DNA from: Alphaproteobacteria bacterium
GTDB lineage: Bacteria > Pseudomonadota > Alphaproteobacteria > MPNO01 > UBA830
Reading direction: 5' to 3'
Length of the DNA: 64,000 nucleotides
NCBI GenBank assembly: GCA_965243135.1
Contig: OZ251539.1
Span: 3,680,001 to 3,744,000 of the forward strand
In this document: piece after piece, positions 9,749 to 21,740 of the stretch
How the letters are laid out: every line of letters begins with the position of its first letter
Numbering within the stretch: position 1 is the first letter of the stretch
Program-made: the position numbers and the translations under genes
The notes under the pieces: model-generated
What the model saw: the letters and a program-made list of their open reading frames with translations, nothing else
What the model was told of the DNA's origin: nothing
Databases searched by the model: none

Positions 9749-11020
9749 TCAAAGCTGCCAGCGGCGCACCTTGTCGGAAAGAACGACCCGCCGCCACATT
9801 CCCTTGACGTCCGCGACCAGCCCGCAGGGCGAAACGAGCGATGCGATTTTCGAGGCGCCGAAAGCCGCATACGCGTCGTGGGCGACGGCGCCGATCACGC
9901 AATCGTAGCCGGACGCGGCGTCGAGCGAGGGCAGCAGATCCAGGCCGTACGCCCGCTTCGCCTCCGCCCCGTTCACGAGCGCGTCGTGGACGTCGACCGC
10001 GAATCCCCGGCCGCGGAGGGCGCGGACGATATCGATGACCCGCGAATTGCGCAGATCGGGCACGTTTTCCTTGAACGTCAGACCCAGCACGAGAACGCGC
10101 GCGTTCGGCTCCGTCAGTTCGGCCGCGATGCATTCGGCGATGTAGTATCCCATCCTGTCGTTGATGCGGCGCCCCGCGAGCGTGATTTCGGGCGTGTGGC
10201 CGACCGCCGCCGCCGCATGCGCCAGATAGAACGGATCGATGCCGACGCAGTGGCCGCCGACGAGGCCCGGACGGAAGTCGAGATAGTTCCATTTGGTTTT
10301 CGCTGCCTCGAGGACGTCGAGGGTCGATATCCCCATCTTGCCGAATATCGTCGCGATCTCGTTGATGAAGGCGATGTTTATGTCCCGTTGGGCGTTCTCG
10401 ATGATCTTCGCCGCTTCGGCGGTGCGGATGTCCGGCGCCCGGAATATCGTATCCGAAGTGATCGAACCGTAGAGTTCCGCCAAGGTTTCGGCGGTGGCGG
10501 GAGTCTGGCCCGCGATCACTTTGGCGATCTTGTCGACTCTGTGGACCTGATCGCCCGGATTGGTGCGCTCCGGCGAATAGCCGAGAAAGAAGTCCTCGCC
10601 GCATTTCAAGCCCGACGCGTCCTCCAGTATCGGGCCGCAGACGTTCTCGGTGACGCCCGGATAGACGGTGCTTTCGTATACGACGATCGCGTTCCTGCCG
10701 AGCAACGAACCGACGGTGCGGCTGGCCCGCCGCAGCGGCCCGAGATCCGGGCTGTTGTCGGCGGTGATGGGCGTGGGCACCGTCACGATGTAGACGTCGG
10801 CGCCGGCGGCGTCCGACGGATCCGCCGAACAGGCGAGAGAGCTCGACCGCAAGGCTTCGGGAGCGACCTCGCGGGTTTTGTCGACGCCCTCCTTGAGCTC
10901 GGCCACGCGATTCGCGTCGGTGTCGAAACCGATGACGCCGAAGACTCTCGCCAGGGCGACGGCCAGCGGCAACCCGACGTAACCGAGGCCGATGACGGCG
11001 ATACGGGTGTTCTCGTTCAA
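9749..11020 (-). CDS. Nucleotide-sugar dehydrogenase (UDP-HexNAc, WbpO/TviB type)
   Basis: GLGYVGLP, YESTVYPG, GYSPER, GGHC, GLTFKEN; TTG start with AAGGA. Confidence 0.92.
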   Translation of the reverse strand: MNENTRIAVIGLGYVGLPLAVALARVFGVIGFDTDANRVAELKEGVDKTREVAPEALRSSSLACSADPSDAAGADVYIVTVPTPITADNSPDLGPLRRASRTVGSLLGRNAIVVYESTVYPGVTENVCGPILEDASGLKCGEDFFLGYSPERTNPGDQVHRVDKIAKVIAGQTPATAETLAELYGSITSDTIFRAPDIRTAEAAKIIENAQRDINIAFINEIATIFGKMGISTLDVLEAAKTKWNYLDFRPGLVGGHCVGIDPFYLAHAAAAVGHTPEITLAGRRINDRMGYYIAECIAAELTEPNARVLVLGLTFKENVPDLRNSRVIDIVRALRGRGFAVDVHDALVNGAEAKRAYGLDLLPSLDAASGYDCVIGAVAHDAYAAFGASKIASLVSPCGLVADVKGMWRRVVLSDKVRRWQL

Positions 11021-11182
11021 TTCGGTCGTTCCTTTTCGTACCGTCCGGAGGATGTAGTCGGGATTTCCGTTCACGCGCCGGGGGCGCGGCGCCTTTCGCG
11101 CGTCCGGTTCGAGAGCGCCGTTGCGCGCATGATTATCGGGAACCGCCGCGCCGCGCCATTGTCCCGGTTCGCAGAGGCAGGG

Positions 11183-12352
11183 TCAAGCCGCGGCCGCGAA
11201 CTCGATGTCGCCGACGCGCTTCAAAGGCGCGGCGGTGATGGCGTCGGACAGCGGATATTCGTGGTCGCCGGGATAGAGGATCCACAAGTGTTCGAGTCCG
11301 AGGTCTTCGATGACGACGTGCATGGACTTCGTCGTTCTGGGGGCGTCCGTGCATTTGAATTCGAAGCCCCAGCGCCGCCCCCGCCGCAACAGCATGAGAT
11401 CCAGTTCGGCGCCGCGCCGGGTAGCGTAGAAATAGGCTTCGCGCTCGCCGTGAGCGATGAGGGTCTGCTCCAGGGCGAACCCTTCCCAGCTGGCGCCGTA
11501 ACGCGGATGGACCGGCAATTCCTCCGGCTCTTCCAGTCCCAACAGGAAATGAAGCATGCCGCTGTCCCTCAGATAGATCTTTGGAGATTTGACGATCCGC
11601 TTGCCGAGATTCTCGAACCACGGCGGCAATATCCGGATCATGTAGGTGCCCGCCAGCAGATCGCGATAGTGGTTGACGGCCGTTACGCTCGCGTCCATCG
11701 AGCGGCCCAGTTCCGAAGCGTTCCACGTCTGCCCGTGATAATGCGCCAGCATTCTCCAGAAGCGGCGCAGCGACTCGGGCGGCACGCGCGGCCGCAGGCC
11801 CGGGACGTCCCGTTCCAGAAACGTGCGGGTGAACGCCTCCATCCAGCGCCTCCATCCGTCCGTCGACGGGGCCAGGTAGGCTCTCGGAAATCCGCCGCGC
11901 ATCCACAATCGATCCTGATTCTCCGGTCCCGCTTCCGCGAGCGAAAAACCGCCGACTTCCACGAACGAAATCCGGCCGGCCAGAGTTTCCGAGACGCCCC
12001 GGATCAGGTCCCAGGAAGCGCTGCCAAGGAGCAGAAAGACCGCTTTCCGGCCCGGATCGTCGCAGATGGGCCGCAACGTCTCGAACAGTCCCGGGAGTCG
12101 CTGAACCTCGTCGATGACCACCAGACCTTCCGCCTGGCGGAGCAGCCGCTCGGGAGTTCCAGTCAACGCTTCCCGAACCGCGCCCACTTCCAGATCGAAG
12201 ACGGTGGACGGCCCGGACCAGACGGACGCCGCTTGCGCGGCCAAGGTTGTTTTTCCTGTCTGGCGCGCGCCGAGCAGCGCGACTGCCGGCGCTTCGGAGA
12301 GACCGTTGAGAGCTGCGGCGAGCAGGTCCGGCCGTGCGATTTTTGGTTGCAT
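11183..12352 (-). CDS. AAA_14 ATPase with DUF4143 domain
   Basis: GARQTGKT, IDEVQ, LLGSAS, RGGFP, KSPKIYLRDSG, ELD...FEFK. Confidence 0.9.
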   Translation of the reverse strand: MQPKIARPDLLAAALNGLSEAPAVALLGARQTGKTTLAAQAASVWSGPSTVFDLEVGAVREALTGTPERLLRQAEGLVVIDEVQRLPGLFETLRPICDDPGRKAVFLLLGSASWDLIRGVSETLAGRISFVEVGGFSLAEAGPENQDRLWMRGGFPRAYLAPSTDGWRRWMEAFTRTFLERDVPGLRPRVPPESLRRFWRMLAHYHGQTWNASELGRSMDASVTAVNHYRDLLAGTYMIRILPPWFENLGKRIVKSPKIYLRDSGMLHFLLGLEEPEELPVHPRYGASWEGFALEQTLIAHGEREAYFYATRRGAELDLMLLRRGRRWGFEFKCTDAPRTTKSMHVVIEDLGLEHLWILYPGDHEYPLSDAITAAPLKRVGDIEFAAAA

Positions 12353-12544
12353 ATCCACTTCTTGAAATAAGATATGCAACGATAATTAAGACGAAAAGAG
12401 CGCGCGATCAAGCGTTCCCGCGCATGAAGCGGGCATCCGCGACATCGCCGCCGCGCCGTTCGGCGCGAAACCGCTCGGGTTTCGCGGACGGCTCCCGGCG
12501 GCAGCCCGCTGCCGCCGTCCCTCGAACGCCGCGGGCGGCGGCTC

Positions 12545-14479
<1,935 letters not shown>

Positions 14480-14509
14480 CGCAACTCCCTCCTGCTCGTT
14501 CGCCCGGAA

Positions 14510-14857
14510 TTATTCCTGCGTTCGCCCGTCCGGGCAAGGCGGCCCGCCGCCGACGAACACGTCGCCGCCTTCGACGCGCGCTTCGACCCGCGTCAGCGCC
14601 CGACCGGCGCAGGGTCCGCGCACGCAAGTCCCGCTCGCGACGTCGAACAGCGCCCCGTGCATCGAGCACAGGATCAGGTCGCGGTCGACGGACAGGAACG
14701 CGTGAGGCCGCCAGTCGAGCGGCGCGCCGTAATGCGGACAGACGTTGAGGTACGCGAACGCCTCGCCGCCTCGCCTGACGACGAAGAAGCGCCCGTCCGG
14801 GGAGCCGCGGCTGCCGGGGTCTTCGAGATCGTCCAGCCGGCAGAACGGAACGTTCAC
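14510..14857 (-). CDS. Rieske (2Fe-2S) protein
   Basis: CPH...CSMHGALFD; GTGA overlap with the EVE gene. Confidence 0.9.
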   Translation of the reverse strand: MNVPFCRLDDLEDPGSRGSPDGRFFVVRRGGEAFAYLNVCPHYGAPLDWRPHAFLSVDRDLILCSMHGALFDVASGTCVRGPCAGRALTRVEARVEGGDVFVGGGPPCPDGRTQE

Positions 14858-15279
14858 CGCCCGGGATCCGTTCCGGCCATCTCGCAGATCAACCGCCATT
14901 CCTCGGCGCTCACCGGCACCACCGACAGGCGCGACTGCTTCACGAGCGCCAGATCGGCCAATCCCGGCTCCGCCTTGATGTCGGCGAGGGCGACCGGCTT
15001 CCGGACCGGTTTCACGGCCGTCACGTCGACCATTCCGAACCGGCCCGAGGCGTCGGTGCCGTCGGGGTAATGCTCCTTCGCGACCTCCACGATGCCGACG
15101 ATCCTTTTCTCGTTCACCGAGTGGTAGAAGAACCCCAGATCGCCCTTCTTCATCGCCTTCATGTTGTTGTTCGCCTGATGGTTGCGAACGCCGTCCCATT
15201 CGGCGGTTCCCGCCTTGACCTGATCGTCCCAGGACCAGGCGCCGGGTTCGGATTTGAACAGCCAGTACCGCATCCTCAT
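14854..15279 (-). CDS. EVE domain protein
   Basis: YWLFKSEP, WDGVRNHQA, FFYHS, SRLSV. Confidence 0.93.
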   Translation of the reverse strand: MRMRYWLFKSEPGAWSWDDQVKAGTAEWDGVRNHQANNNMKAMKKGDLGFFYHSVNEKRIVGIVEVAKEHYPDGTDASGRFGMVDVTAVKPVRKPVALADIKAEPGLADLALVKQSRLSVVPVSAEEWRLICEMAGTDPGR

Positions 15280-16295
15280 CCTCCTCGTTTCGGGTGCGTC
15301 GGCGCGTCCCTCGCGCTTTCCGTCCTGAGGGGACGGGAAAGCAGCGCTTCGACGACCCGTTCGATCTCCGCCCCGCGGTTCAGCACCGCGTCGACGGCGT
15401 CCGCGATCGGCATGTCGACTCCGAGTTCCGCCGCCAGCGCGCTCGCCGCCGCCGCCGTGTATACGCCTTCCGTCACCGAATTTCTCTCGCCGAGCGCGTC
15501 TTCGAGCGATCTGCCGCGCCCCAGCTCCAGGCCCAGGGAATAGTTGCGCGACTGCTCGCTCGTGCAGGTCAGCACCAGATCGCCGAGTCCGGACAAGCCC
15601 GCCATGGTCTCGGCCCGCCCGCCCTTGGCGACGCACAGCCGCGTCAGCTCCGCGAGGCCGCGCGTCACGAGCGCGGCGCGAGCGTTGCAGCCGAAACCGA
15701 ACCCTTCGGAGATCCCGCATGCGATCGCCAGCACGTTTTTGACCGCGCCTCCGATCTGCGCGCCGACGACGTCGTCGCTCGTGTAGGGCCGGAACCGTTC
15801 GGAAGCCATGGAGGCGGCGAGCCCGGCCGTCGCCGCCGCGTCGGCGCCGGCAAGCGTCGCGGCGGCGGGAAGCCCCGCGGCGACCTCGCGGGCGAAAGTG
15901 GGGCCCGACAGGACGAGAACGGGGTTCGACGGGAATGTTTCCGAGACCGCCTCGCTCATCAGGCGGCGGGTTTCTTGCTCGATCCCCTTGGCGCAGACGA
16001 CCAGGGGGGTCGAAGCCGGGAGTTCGAGAGGCGCGACCGTGCGCCGCAGATGCTGCGCCGGAACCGCGAGGAGCAGGGTTTCGCAATCCGCCAGATCGCG
16101 CAGGTCGCAAGTCGCCCGGATCGCCGGGTTCAGGTCGATGCCGGGCAGATAGGCCCGATTGCGGCGAGCGAGGTTGACGTCGCTCGCGACGTCGCTCCCG
16201 CGCGCCCAGAGAGTCACCGCTCGGCCGGCGCGCCGCAGGGCCACCGACAGAGCGGTTCCCCAAGCGCCCGCGCCGACGATCCCGAATCCGGCTAT
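15276..16295 (-). CDS. gpsA: NAD(P)H-dependent glycerol-3-phosphate dehydrogenase (start uncertain)
   Basis: GAGAWGTAL, SGPTFA, GGAVKNVLAI, GLGDLVLTC, SRN. Confidence 0.93.
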   Translation of the reverse strand: MAGFGIVGAGAWGTALSVALRRAGRAVTLWARGSDVASDVNLARRNRAYLPGIDLNPAIRATCDLRDLADCETLLLAVPAQHLRRTVAPLELPASTPLVVCAKGIEQETRRLMSEAVSETFPSNPVLVLSGPTFAREVAAGLPAAATLAGADAAATAGLAASMASERFRPYTSDDVVGAQIGGAVKNVLAIACGISEGFGFGCNARAALVTRGLAELTRLCVAKGGRAETMAGLSGLGDLVLTCTSEQSRNYSLGLELGRGRSLEDALGERNSVTEGVYTAAAASALAAELGVDMPIADAVDAVLNRGAEIERVVEALLSRPLRTESARDAPTHPKRGG

Positions 16296-16945
16296 TTCCG
16301 CCTCGCCGCGGGCGTCAGATTGACGGAGACGGAAATCCGGGTTCCGTCGCCGCGGTATGGCCTGACAGCGTGCGAAAGCCACGACGGGAACATCAGCAGG
16401 AGCCCGGCCTGCGGCGCGATCAGTTCGCTGGCTCCGGCAGCCCCTCCGCCCAGATAGTCGAAGGTCAAATTCGGATTCAGCATGGCCGGCGCGACGCCGC
16501 GAGGATCCTGAATCTGGAATTCGCCGCCGAGAGACGGGTCGGCGCCCGCCCCGCCATCGTCGACGTAATACGCGGCCGACCAGAACGCGCCGGGATGCGT
16601 GTGGAGCTCGTTGCCGTTCCCGGTCCGGTTCACGTTGGCCCAGGCGTTCGTGAGCCATGCGACATCGACCGGCTTTCCCGCGCGGTCGCGCGTCATCCGG
16701 CTCGCGAGGCTTCGGACGGAGCGCAGCAGCCGCCGCGCCGCGTCGCCGCCCCAGCGCTCGAGATCCCAGCTCGATTGCCAGCCGCCAAGATTGCTGTGCT
16801 GCACGCTCGGATTTTTTTCTTCGCGGGCGAGGATCGCCTCGCGCAGCGCCTCGTTGTAGGCCGAGGCATCCGGCAGAACGACCTCGACCACCGGCGTCGC
16901 GAAGCGGCCGTTCACGGTCACCTTGGTCCCCCGGCCGCCGTTCAC
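16292..16945 (-). CDS. TIGR02466-type 2OG-Fe(II) oxygenase
   Basis: SNLGGWQS, WANVN, HTHP, FPSWLSH, RISVSVN. Confidence 0.85.
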   Translation of the reverse strand: MNGGRGTKVTVNGRFATPVVEVVLPDASAYNEALREAILAREEKNPSVQHSNLGGWQSSWDLERWGGDAARRLLRSVRSLASRMTRDRAGKPVDVAWLTNAWANVNRTGNGNELHTHPGAFWSAAYYVDDGGAGADPSLGGEFQIQDPRGVAPAMLNPNLTFDYLGGGAAGASELIAPQAGLLLMFPSWLSHAVRPYRGDGTRISVSVNLTPAARRK

Positions 16946-16948
16946 CTG

Positions 16949-17749
16949 TCAGTCCAACCGGTTGCGCCGCAGGAAATCGCCGATCGCCGCGTTGTATTCG
17001 TCGACCAGGATATGCGGAACGAAGTGGCCGCCGGTCGGCAAAATCGCCTTTTCCGCGCCGGGCACGGCTTCCGCGATTTCGTCCGACAGGTAGCGCGGGG
17101 TGACCATGTCGTCCTCCGCCACGATCACCAGCGTCGGAGCGGCGATGTCCGCGAGACGGTCGCGGCGGTCGAAAGCGCAGATCGCATCGATGCGGCTCGC
17201 CATGATTTCCGCGGGCTGGCCGGCGCCGGCGACGAAATTTTCCTGCGCGGCCATCGACTCTTCGTTGCGGGCGACATACCAGGGCGGATGGAGGGAAAGG
17301 AGCGAGTGGCGTGCGTATTCCGCCATGCCGAGGGCGTCGAGCACGGCCTTGCGCGCCGCGAAGGCGCGCCTGAAGTACCCGTCCCTTCCCGCCCAAGTGG
17401 CGCTGAGCACCAGCGCTCCCAAGCGGTCGGGATAGTCCTGCGCCACGATCTGCCCCATCGCTCCGCCGGTCGAATGTCCCACCCAGTGGGCGCGTTCGAT
17501 GCCGAGCGCGTCCAGCAAGCGAACGGCGTCCCCGGCCATCTGGTCGACCGAATACTCGATCCTGGACGGCGTGCTGCGGCCGCAGCCGCGATGGTCGTGG
17601 CAGATCACGCGGAAGTCGCTTTCCAGCGCCGGGATCTGGGCGTGCCAGAAGTTGCCCGCCCCTCCGAGGCCGGGCACCAGCATCACCGGTTCGCCGGCGC
17701 CCGTCTCCTCGCAGAAAATCTCCGCGTCGCCGATGTCGATTTTCGGCAC
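16949..17749 (-). CDS. Alpha/beta hydrolase, RutD-like
   Basis: PGLGG, DHRGCG, GHSTGG, GGH. Confidence 0.85.
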   Translation of the reverse strand: MPKIDIGDAEIFCEETGAGEPVMLVPGLGGAGNFWHAQIPALESDFRVICHDHRGCGRSTPSRIEYSVDQMAGDAVRLLDALGIERAHWVGHSTGGAMGQIVAQDYPDRLGALVLSATWAGRDGYFRRAFAARKAVLDALGMAEYARHSLLSLHPPWYVARNEESMAAQENFVAGAGQPAEIMASRIDAICAFDRRDRLADIAAPTLVIVAEDDMVTPRYLSDEIAEAVPGAEKAILPTGGHFVPHILVDEYNAAIGDFLRRNRLD

Positions 17750-17758
17750 GGTCCCGTC

Positions 17759-18253
17759 CTATCCGGCGACCGTATCGTTCATGCCGAGCGACCGTTCGAC
17801 CGCCACGACGTCTTCGGGACGGGCGAAGGGCTCCGGAGCCCGGTCGTCACGGTCGCGCGGGCGTCCGACGGCCGCGAAGAAGTCCTCGAGTCCGGGCGGC
17901 GAGATAATCCACAGCATCACGAGGTCTTGGTCGCCGTCGTTCACGATCTCGTGCTTGACGTCGCATCCGAGAAACGCCGCGGATCCCGGAACGATGTCGT
18001 GCCGGACGCCGTCGACGTTCACGTGGCCCTTCCCTCGGAAGCATATCTGGATTTCCACCTGTTCCCCGTGGGAATGCTCCCGCACCCGCCCGCCGACGGC
18101 GATGGTCTGAAAGCCGGTGGACAGCCCGTCAAACCCGGTATTCGAGGGGAACAGCACCGGATCCGCATGTCCGTTCGCCGGAACCGGTTGCCACCAGCTG
18201 GGTCCGTCGCCGGGCTGCATGACCACCGAGCGTCCTCTCGTTGCCTCGTTCAT
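17759..18253 (-). CDS. Cupin domain protein
   Basis: HSH..QVE..ICFRGKG, HEIVN, WIISPPGLE. Confidence 0.85.
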   Translation of the reverse strand: MNEATRGRSVVMQPGDGPSWWQPVPANGHADPVLFPSNTGFDGLSTGFQTIAVGGRVREHSHGEQVEIQICFRGKGHVNVDGVRHDIVPGSAAFLGCDVKHEIVNDGDQDLVMLWIISPPGLEDFFAAVGRPRDRDDRAPEPFARPEDVVAVERSLGMNDTVAG

Positions 18254-18414
18254 GAGCCTCCTCCCGTGTTCGGCCCCCGACGCGAGCGGCGCTGCCGTAA
18301 AACCGTCTTGCGCGGCCGGCGTTCGAGGGGAATGCGTCCAGAATCGCGCCTTTCAGACAAGCCGCTGCGCACGGCGAGTATATCAAGGATGCGGACGGAC
18401 GGAAACGCGGCCTG

Positions 18415-18510
18415 ACCGTTTTCGGGTCCACCGCCAGCGGATCCTCGCCGACCGCCGCCCGGTCGCGCTGCGCAAGCCGTGCCCGCAACGACGACAGGTT
18501 CCGCCTCGCG
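18415..18510 (-). pseudogene. Degenerate fragment of an Rpn paralog
   Basis: RRNLSSLRARLAQRDRAAVGED--LAVDPKT aligns to RRNLLSLRARFAQRDWATVGEDLQALAVDPET at ~19105-19200. Confidence 0.75.
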
Positions 18511-18663
18511 GACTTGCAAGCAGGCGGCCGCTGCCGGCCGGACCGGCCGCGGCGCTTGCGCCGCGAACAAGTTCGGCGCGTCCGTCAGGAACCTCGGCCG
18601 CCTCCTTGAGAGCGGATCGCACTGCGGAGCGCTGCGCGCGTCGTCATGTAAGCGAAACGCGCG

Positions 18664-19713
18664 TTAACGGTCGCCGCGACTGCGGTCAGCGCCGCTCCCC
18701 GACACGCAGGACAGCAACTCGTCGCCGGAGGCGCTGTCGATCAGATGGTCGCCGACCTCGTCGAGCCGGCGCGGGTCGTCGATGCTGGCCAGCAAGGCTT
18801 CGAGGCCCGCAGCCGTCCCGGCATCGAACTTCCGCGCCGCCTGACGCAACAACATCGCCCGTTGTCGCTCCAGGAACTCCCCGCGAACTTCCTCGCGGCC
18901 CTGCTCCAAGCCCTGCTCCAAGCCCTGCTCCAAGCCCAGCTGTCGACTCTCAAAGAGCGCCGTGTCCAAAAAAGATCCCATTTCCTTCAGATCTCCCTCT
19001 TTCGCCAACTCCCCGAACCGCGCTTTCACCTCGGGCGCCACGTCCTTGCTCTGCATCACCTCGTGCCGCAGCAACTCCTTGAACAGATCGGCAAGGCTCG
19101 CATCCGTCTCCGGGTCCACCGCCAGCGCTTGCAGATCTTCTCCGACCGTCGCCCAGTCGCGCTGCGCAAACCGGGCCCGCAACGACAACAGGTTCCGCCT
19201 CGGCAGATCCTCGACATTCAACCGGTGAATGTCAATCAGAAAAAAACGCTGCCGCGGCTGATACGCTTCCAGAAAGCCGCCTGGCGGCGCCACCAGCAAT
19301 TCCGTCGCCGCAGTCCAGGGCGGGCGGCCAGTGTAGATCACTATCGGCAGCACCGGCGGCAATGGGGCACCCTTCGGCAACTCTTTGTTCCGACGGAGCT
19401 TCCGATGCAACTGCCCGACATACGCATGCATCCGCGACGCCATGTCGCTGTCCACAGTGGACTGGAACTCCAGCACCAGAAGCAGGTAGAGCCATCCCTG
19501 CGCTCCGGCGAGGCGGAAACGGACGCGCCAGACCGCATCGCCGAAACTCTGGTCCAGACCGTCGTCGACATACTGGGTCGACAGCTGTTGCATCTCCCCG
19601 AAATCGCAGGCTTCGACCACCTCCGTCGGCATGAGGCCGCGCAGCACGTCCACGACCGCGCCGGGGATATCGAACAACTTCTTCATCCAGGCGTCTTCGA
19701 AATTTGCGAACAT
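18664..19713 (-). CDS. Rpn family recombination-promoting nuclease (YhgA-like PD-(D/E)XK)
   Basis: DAVWRVRF, LVLEFQSTVD, PVLPIVIYTG, C-terminal GLEQ repeats. Confidence 0.9.
   Translation of the reverse strand: MFANFEDAWMKKLFDIPGAVVDVLRGLMPTEVVEACDFGEMQQLSTQYVDDGLDQSFGDAVWRVRFRLAGAQGWLYLLLVLEFQSTVDSDMASRMHAYVGQLHRKLRRNKELPKGAPLPPVLPIVIYTGRPPWTAATELLVAPPGGFLEAYQPRQRFFLIDIHRLNVEDLPRRNLLSLRARFAQRDWATVGEDLQALAVDPETDASLADLFKELLRHEVMQSKDVAPEVKARFGELAKEGDLKEMGSFLDTALFESRQLGLEQGLEQGLEQGREEVRGEFLERQRAMLLRQAARKFDAGTAAGLEALLASIDDPRRLDEVGDHLIDSASGDELLSCVSGSGADRSRGDR
18900..18937. repeat. 12-bp coding tandem repeat (GLEQ x3)
   Basis: cctgctccaagc x3. Confidence 0.9.
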
Positions 19714-20608
19714 CCCGGTTTCCAGTCGTGCGAAGCAAAATGAGCGCCACCATACCACGGCCGCCCGTTCGATGGTCGTTCCAGTCCTCCCGCAGCCGAT
19801 CAAAGCGTTTCCAGCTCTCCTGCCAGGCGAGAACTGACGTTTCGTCGCGGTAGCGGAACGCAGATCAGACGTTCTATGGTGATAGCTGAGAACCTCGTGT
19901 GATTTAACGTTGCTTCCCCGCGGAACCGGCGTTTGCCATGACGGCGAGGTTCTCGATCCTTTCGGAAACGTGACCGTAGAAGCGCTGTCCATCCGCCGTC
20001 TCCCCTGCGGTCATGCGAACCCGCCGGAGTTCGCCGATCGACCGCCCCGGCGAAGCGGTGGTGCGTTCGGACGTCCCTGTCTCCTTTGAGGGGCCGCTCG
20101 CATTCGTAGCGGATACAGGTTCGAAGCGGGTCGGAAGCGCCGGCACGGTCTTGAGGTTTCGCCTGCCTTCCGCCCCCGACGCCAACCAGACCGCCTTGCG
20201 GCGCAGCTTCTTGAGACCTCGCCGACCAACGCCCTGCGCCTTCGTTCCTCAACGCTACCGGCTTTGGCGGCGACGGTTCGTTCAAGCGCATCCGCCTGCT
20301 TCCGAACGGAGGCCTCGGCGCGGGCTTCGGAAATGCCGAAGTTGCGGCGACTCGAATGTGGAGCTTTGGCGCCTGCAAAGGGCGGCGCTTTTTTCGCCTT
20401 CGGTTCCCGACGCGACGGGTTGCGCTCCCGGTCGGCTGCGAAACTCCCCGGAAGCCGACGCGACGCCGCTTTCCGGGCGCCCGTACTTTGTTCTCGGCGA
20501 GGGCGCGCCGCTCGTCGGCGGGGCGCGCGGCAGCCGACGGGAACGGCGACACGGTCTCGCGGTTTTCGCGCCGGGCCGCCTCTCGCGCCTCGCAGGCTGG
20601 ACGCCGGC

Positions 20609-21628
20609 TCATCCGGCGCGGGCGGCGTCGAGCGGCCAGCGAGGCCGCGGCGCGAATTCGAGGCCGTCGACCAGTCCGAGCCGCAGGCGTTCGATGCCGG
20701 CCCAGGCGATCATCGCGCCGTTGTCGGTGCAGAGGTTCGCGGGCGGCGACACGAAACGCGCTCCGGCGGCCGAGCAGAACGCCGTCAGTCTTTCGCGCAG
20801 CGCCCCATTGGCCGCGACGCCCCCCGCCGCAACCAGCGTCCGCGCCGCGGACGGGCGCGCCCTGAAGGCGTTCGCGCAGCGATCGACCAGGACGTCTCCG
20901 ACCGCCGCCTGGAAGGACGCGCAGATGTCGGCGACGTCCCGCTCCGTGGGCGCAGGCAGGGCGGCGACTGCGTGACGCACGGCCGTCTTCAGCCCGGAAA
21001 AGGAAAAATCGCACCCGGCCCGGCCCTTCATGGGCCGCGGAAACGCGAACCGAGTCGCGTCGCCTTTCTTCGCTTCCCGCTCGACGGCGACGCCGCCCGG
21101 AAAGCCCAGTCCAAGGAGCCTCGCCGTCTTGTCGAACGCTTCTCCGACGGCGTCGTCCACCGTGCCGCCCAGCTGCGCGTACCTTCCCGGACCTTCGACC
21201 GACAGCAACTGGCAATGGCCGCCCGAGACCAGGAGGAGCAGGTAGGGAAAAGAGATATCGTGCGTGAGCCGCACGGTAAGCGCATGCCCTTCGAGATGGT
21301 TGACGGCCAGAAACGGCTTTTTCCATGCGGCCGCGATGGCCTTGGCCATCGTTACGCCGACGATCAGACCGCCGATCAGGCCCGGACCCCCGGAGACGGC
21401 GACGGCGTCGAGGTCTTCGGCGTCCGCCGCCGCGTCGGACAGCGCCTGCCGGACGACGCCGTCGAGCTTCTGCAGATGCGCCCGCGCGGCGATCTCGGGC
21501 ACGACTCCGGCATAGGGGCGGTGTTCTTCGCGTTGCGAATAGACCACGTTGGATCGCACGACGCGGCCGTCGTCGACGACCGCCGCCGCCGTTTCGTCGC
21601 AGCTGGTCTCCATTCCGAGAACGATCAT
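20609..21628 (-). CDS. tsaD: tRNA threonylcarbamoyltransferase TsaD
   Basis: [40 protein letters not shown]. Confidence 0.97.
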   Translation of the reverse strand: MIVLGMETSCDETAAAVVDDGRVVRSNVVYSQREEHRPYAGVVPEIAARAHLQKLDGVVRQALSDAAADAEDLDAVAVSGGPGLIGGLIVGVTMAKAIAAAWKKPFLAVNHLEGHALTVRLTHDISFPYLLLLVSGGHCQLLSVEGPGRYAQLGGTVDDAVGEAFDKTARLLGLGFPGGVAVEREAKKGDATRFAFPRPMKGRAGCDFSFSGLKTAVRHAVAALPAPTERDVADICASFQAAVGDVLVDRCANAFRARPSAARTLVAAGGVAANGALRERLTAFCSAAGARFVSPPANLCTDNGAMIAWAGIERLRLGLVDGLEFAPRPRWPLDAARAG

Positions 21629-21740
21629 CGCTTCGCACCCCCGTTTCCGTGCATCATGGCGTTCCTCCGGGCAAAATCCACCCGTCGGCGGGCGCGGCGC
21701 AACTGTCGCGGCCTGACGCGGATTCCGGTAGTGTTCGCGC

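Noticed and set aside
18415-19200. Possible DGR template/variable repeat pair
   Set aside because: Differences are not adenine-specific, include a deletion, and there is no reverse transcriptase in the window
19800-20600. ORFs between Rpn and tsaD
   Set aside because: No recognisable motif or convincing start; possibly relic sequence
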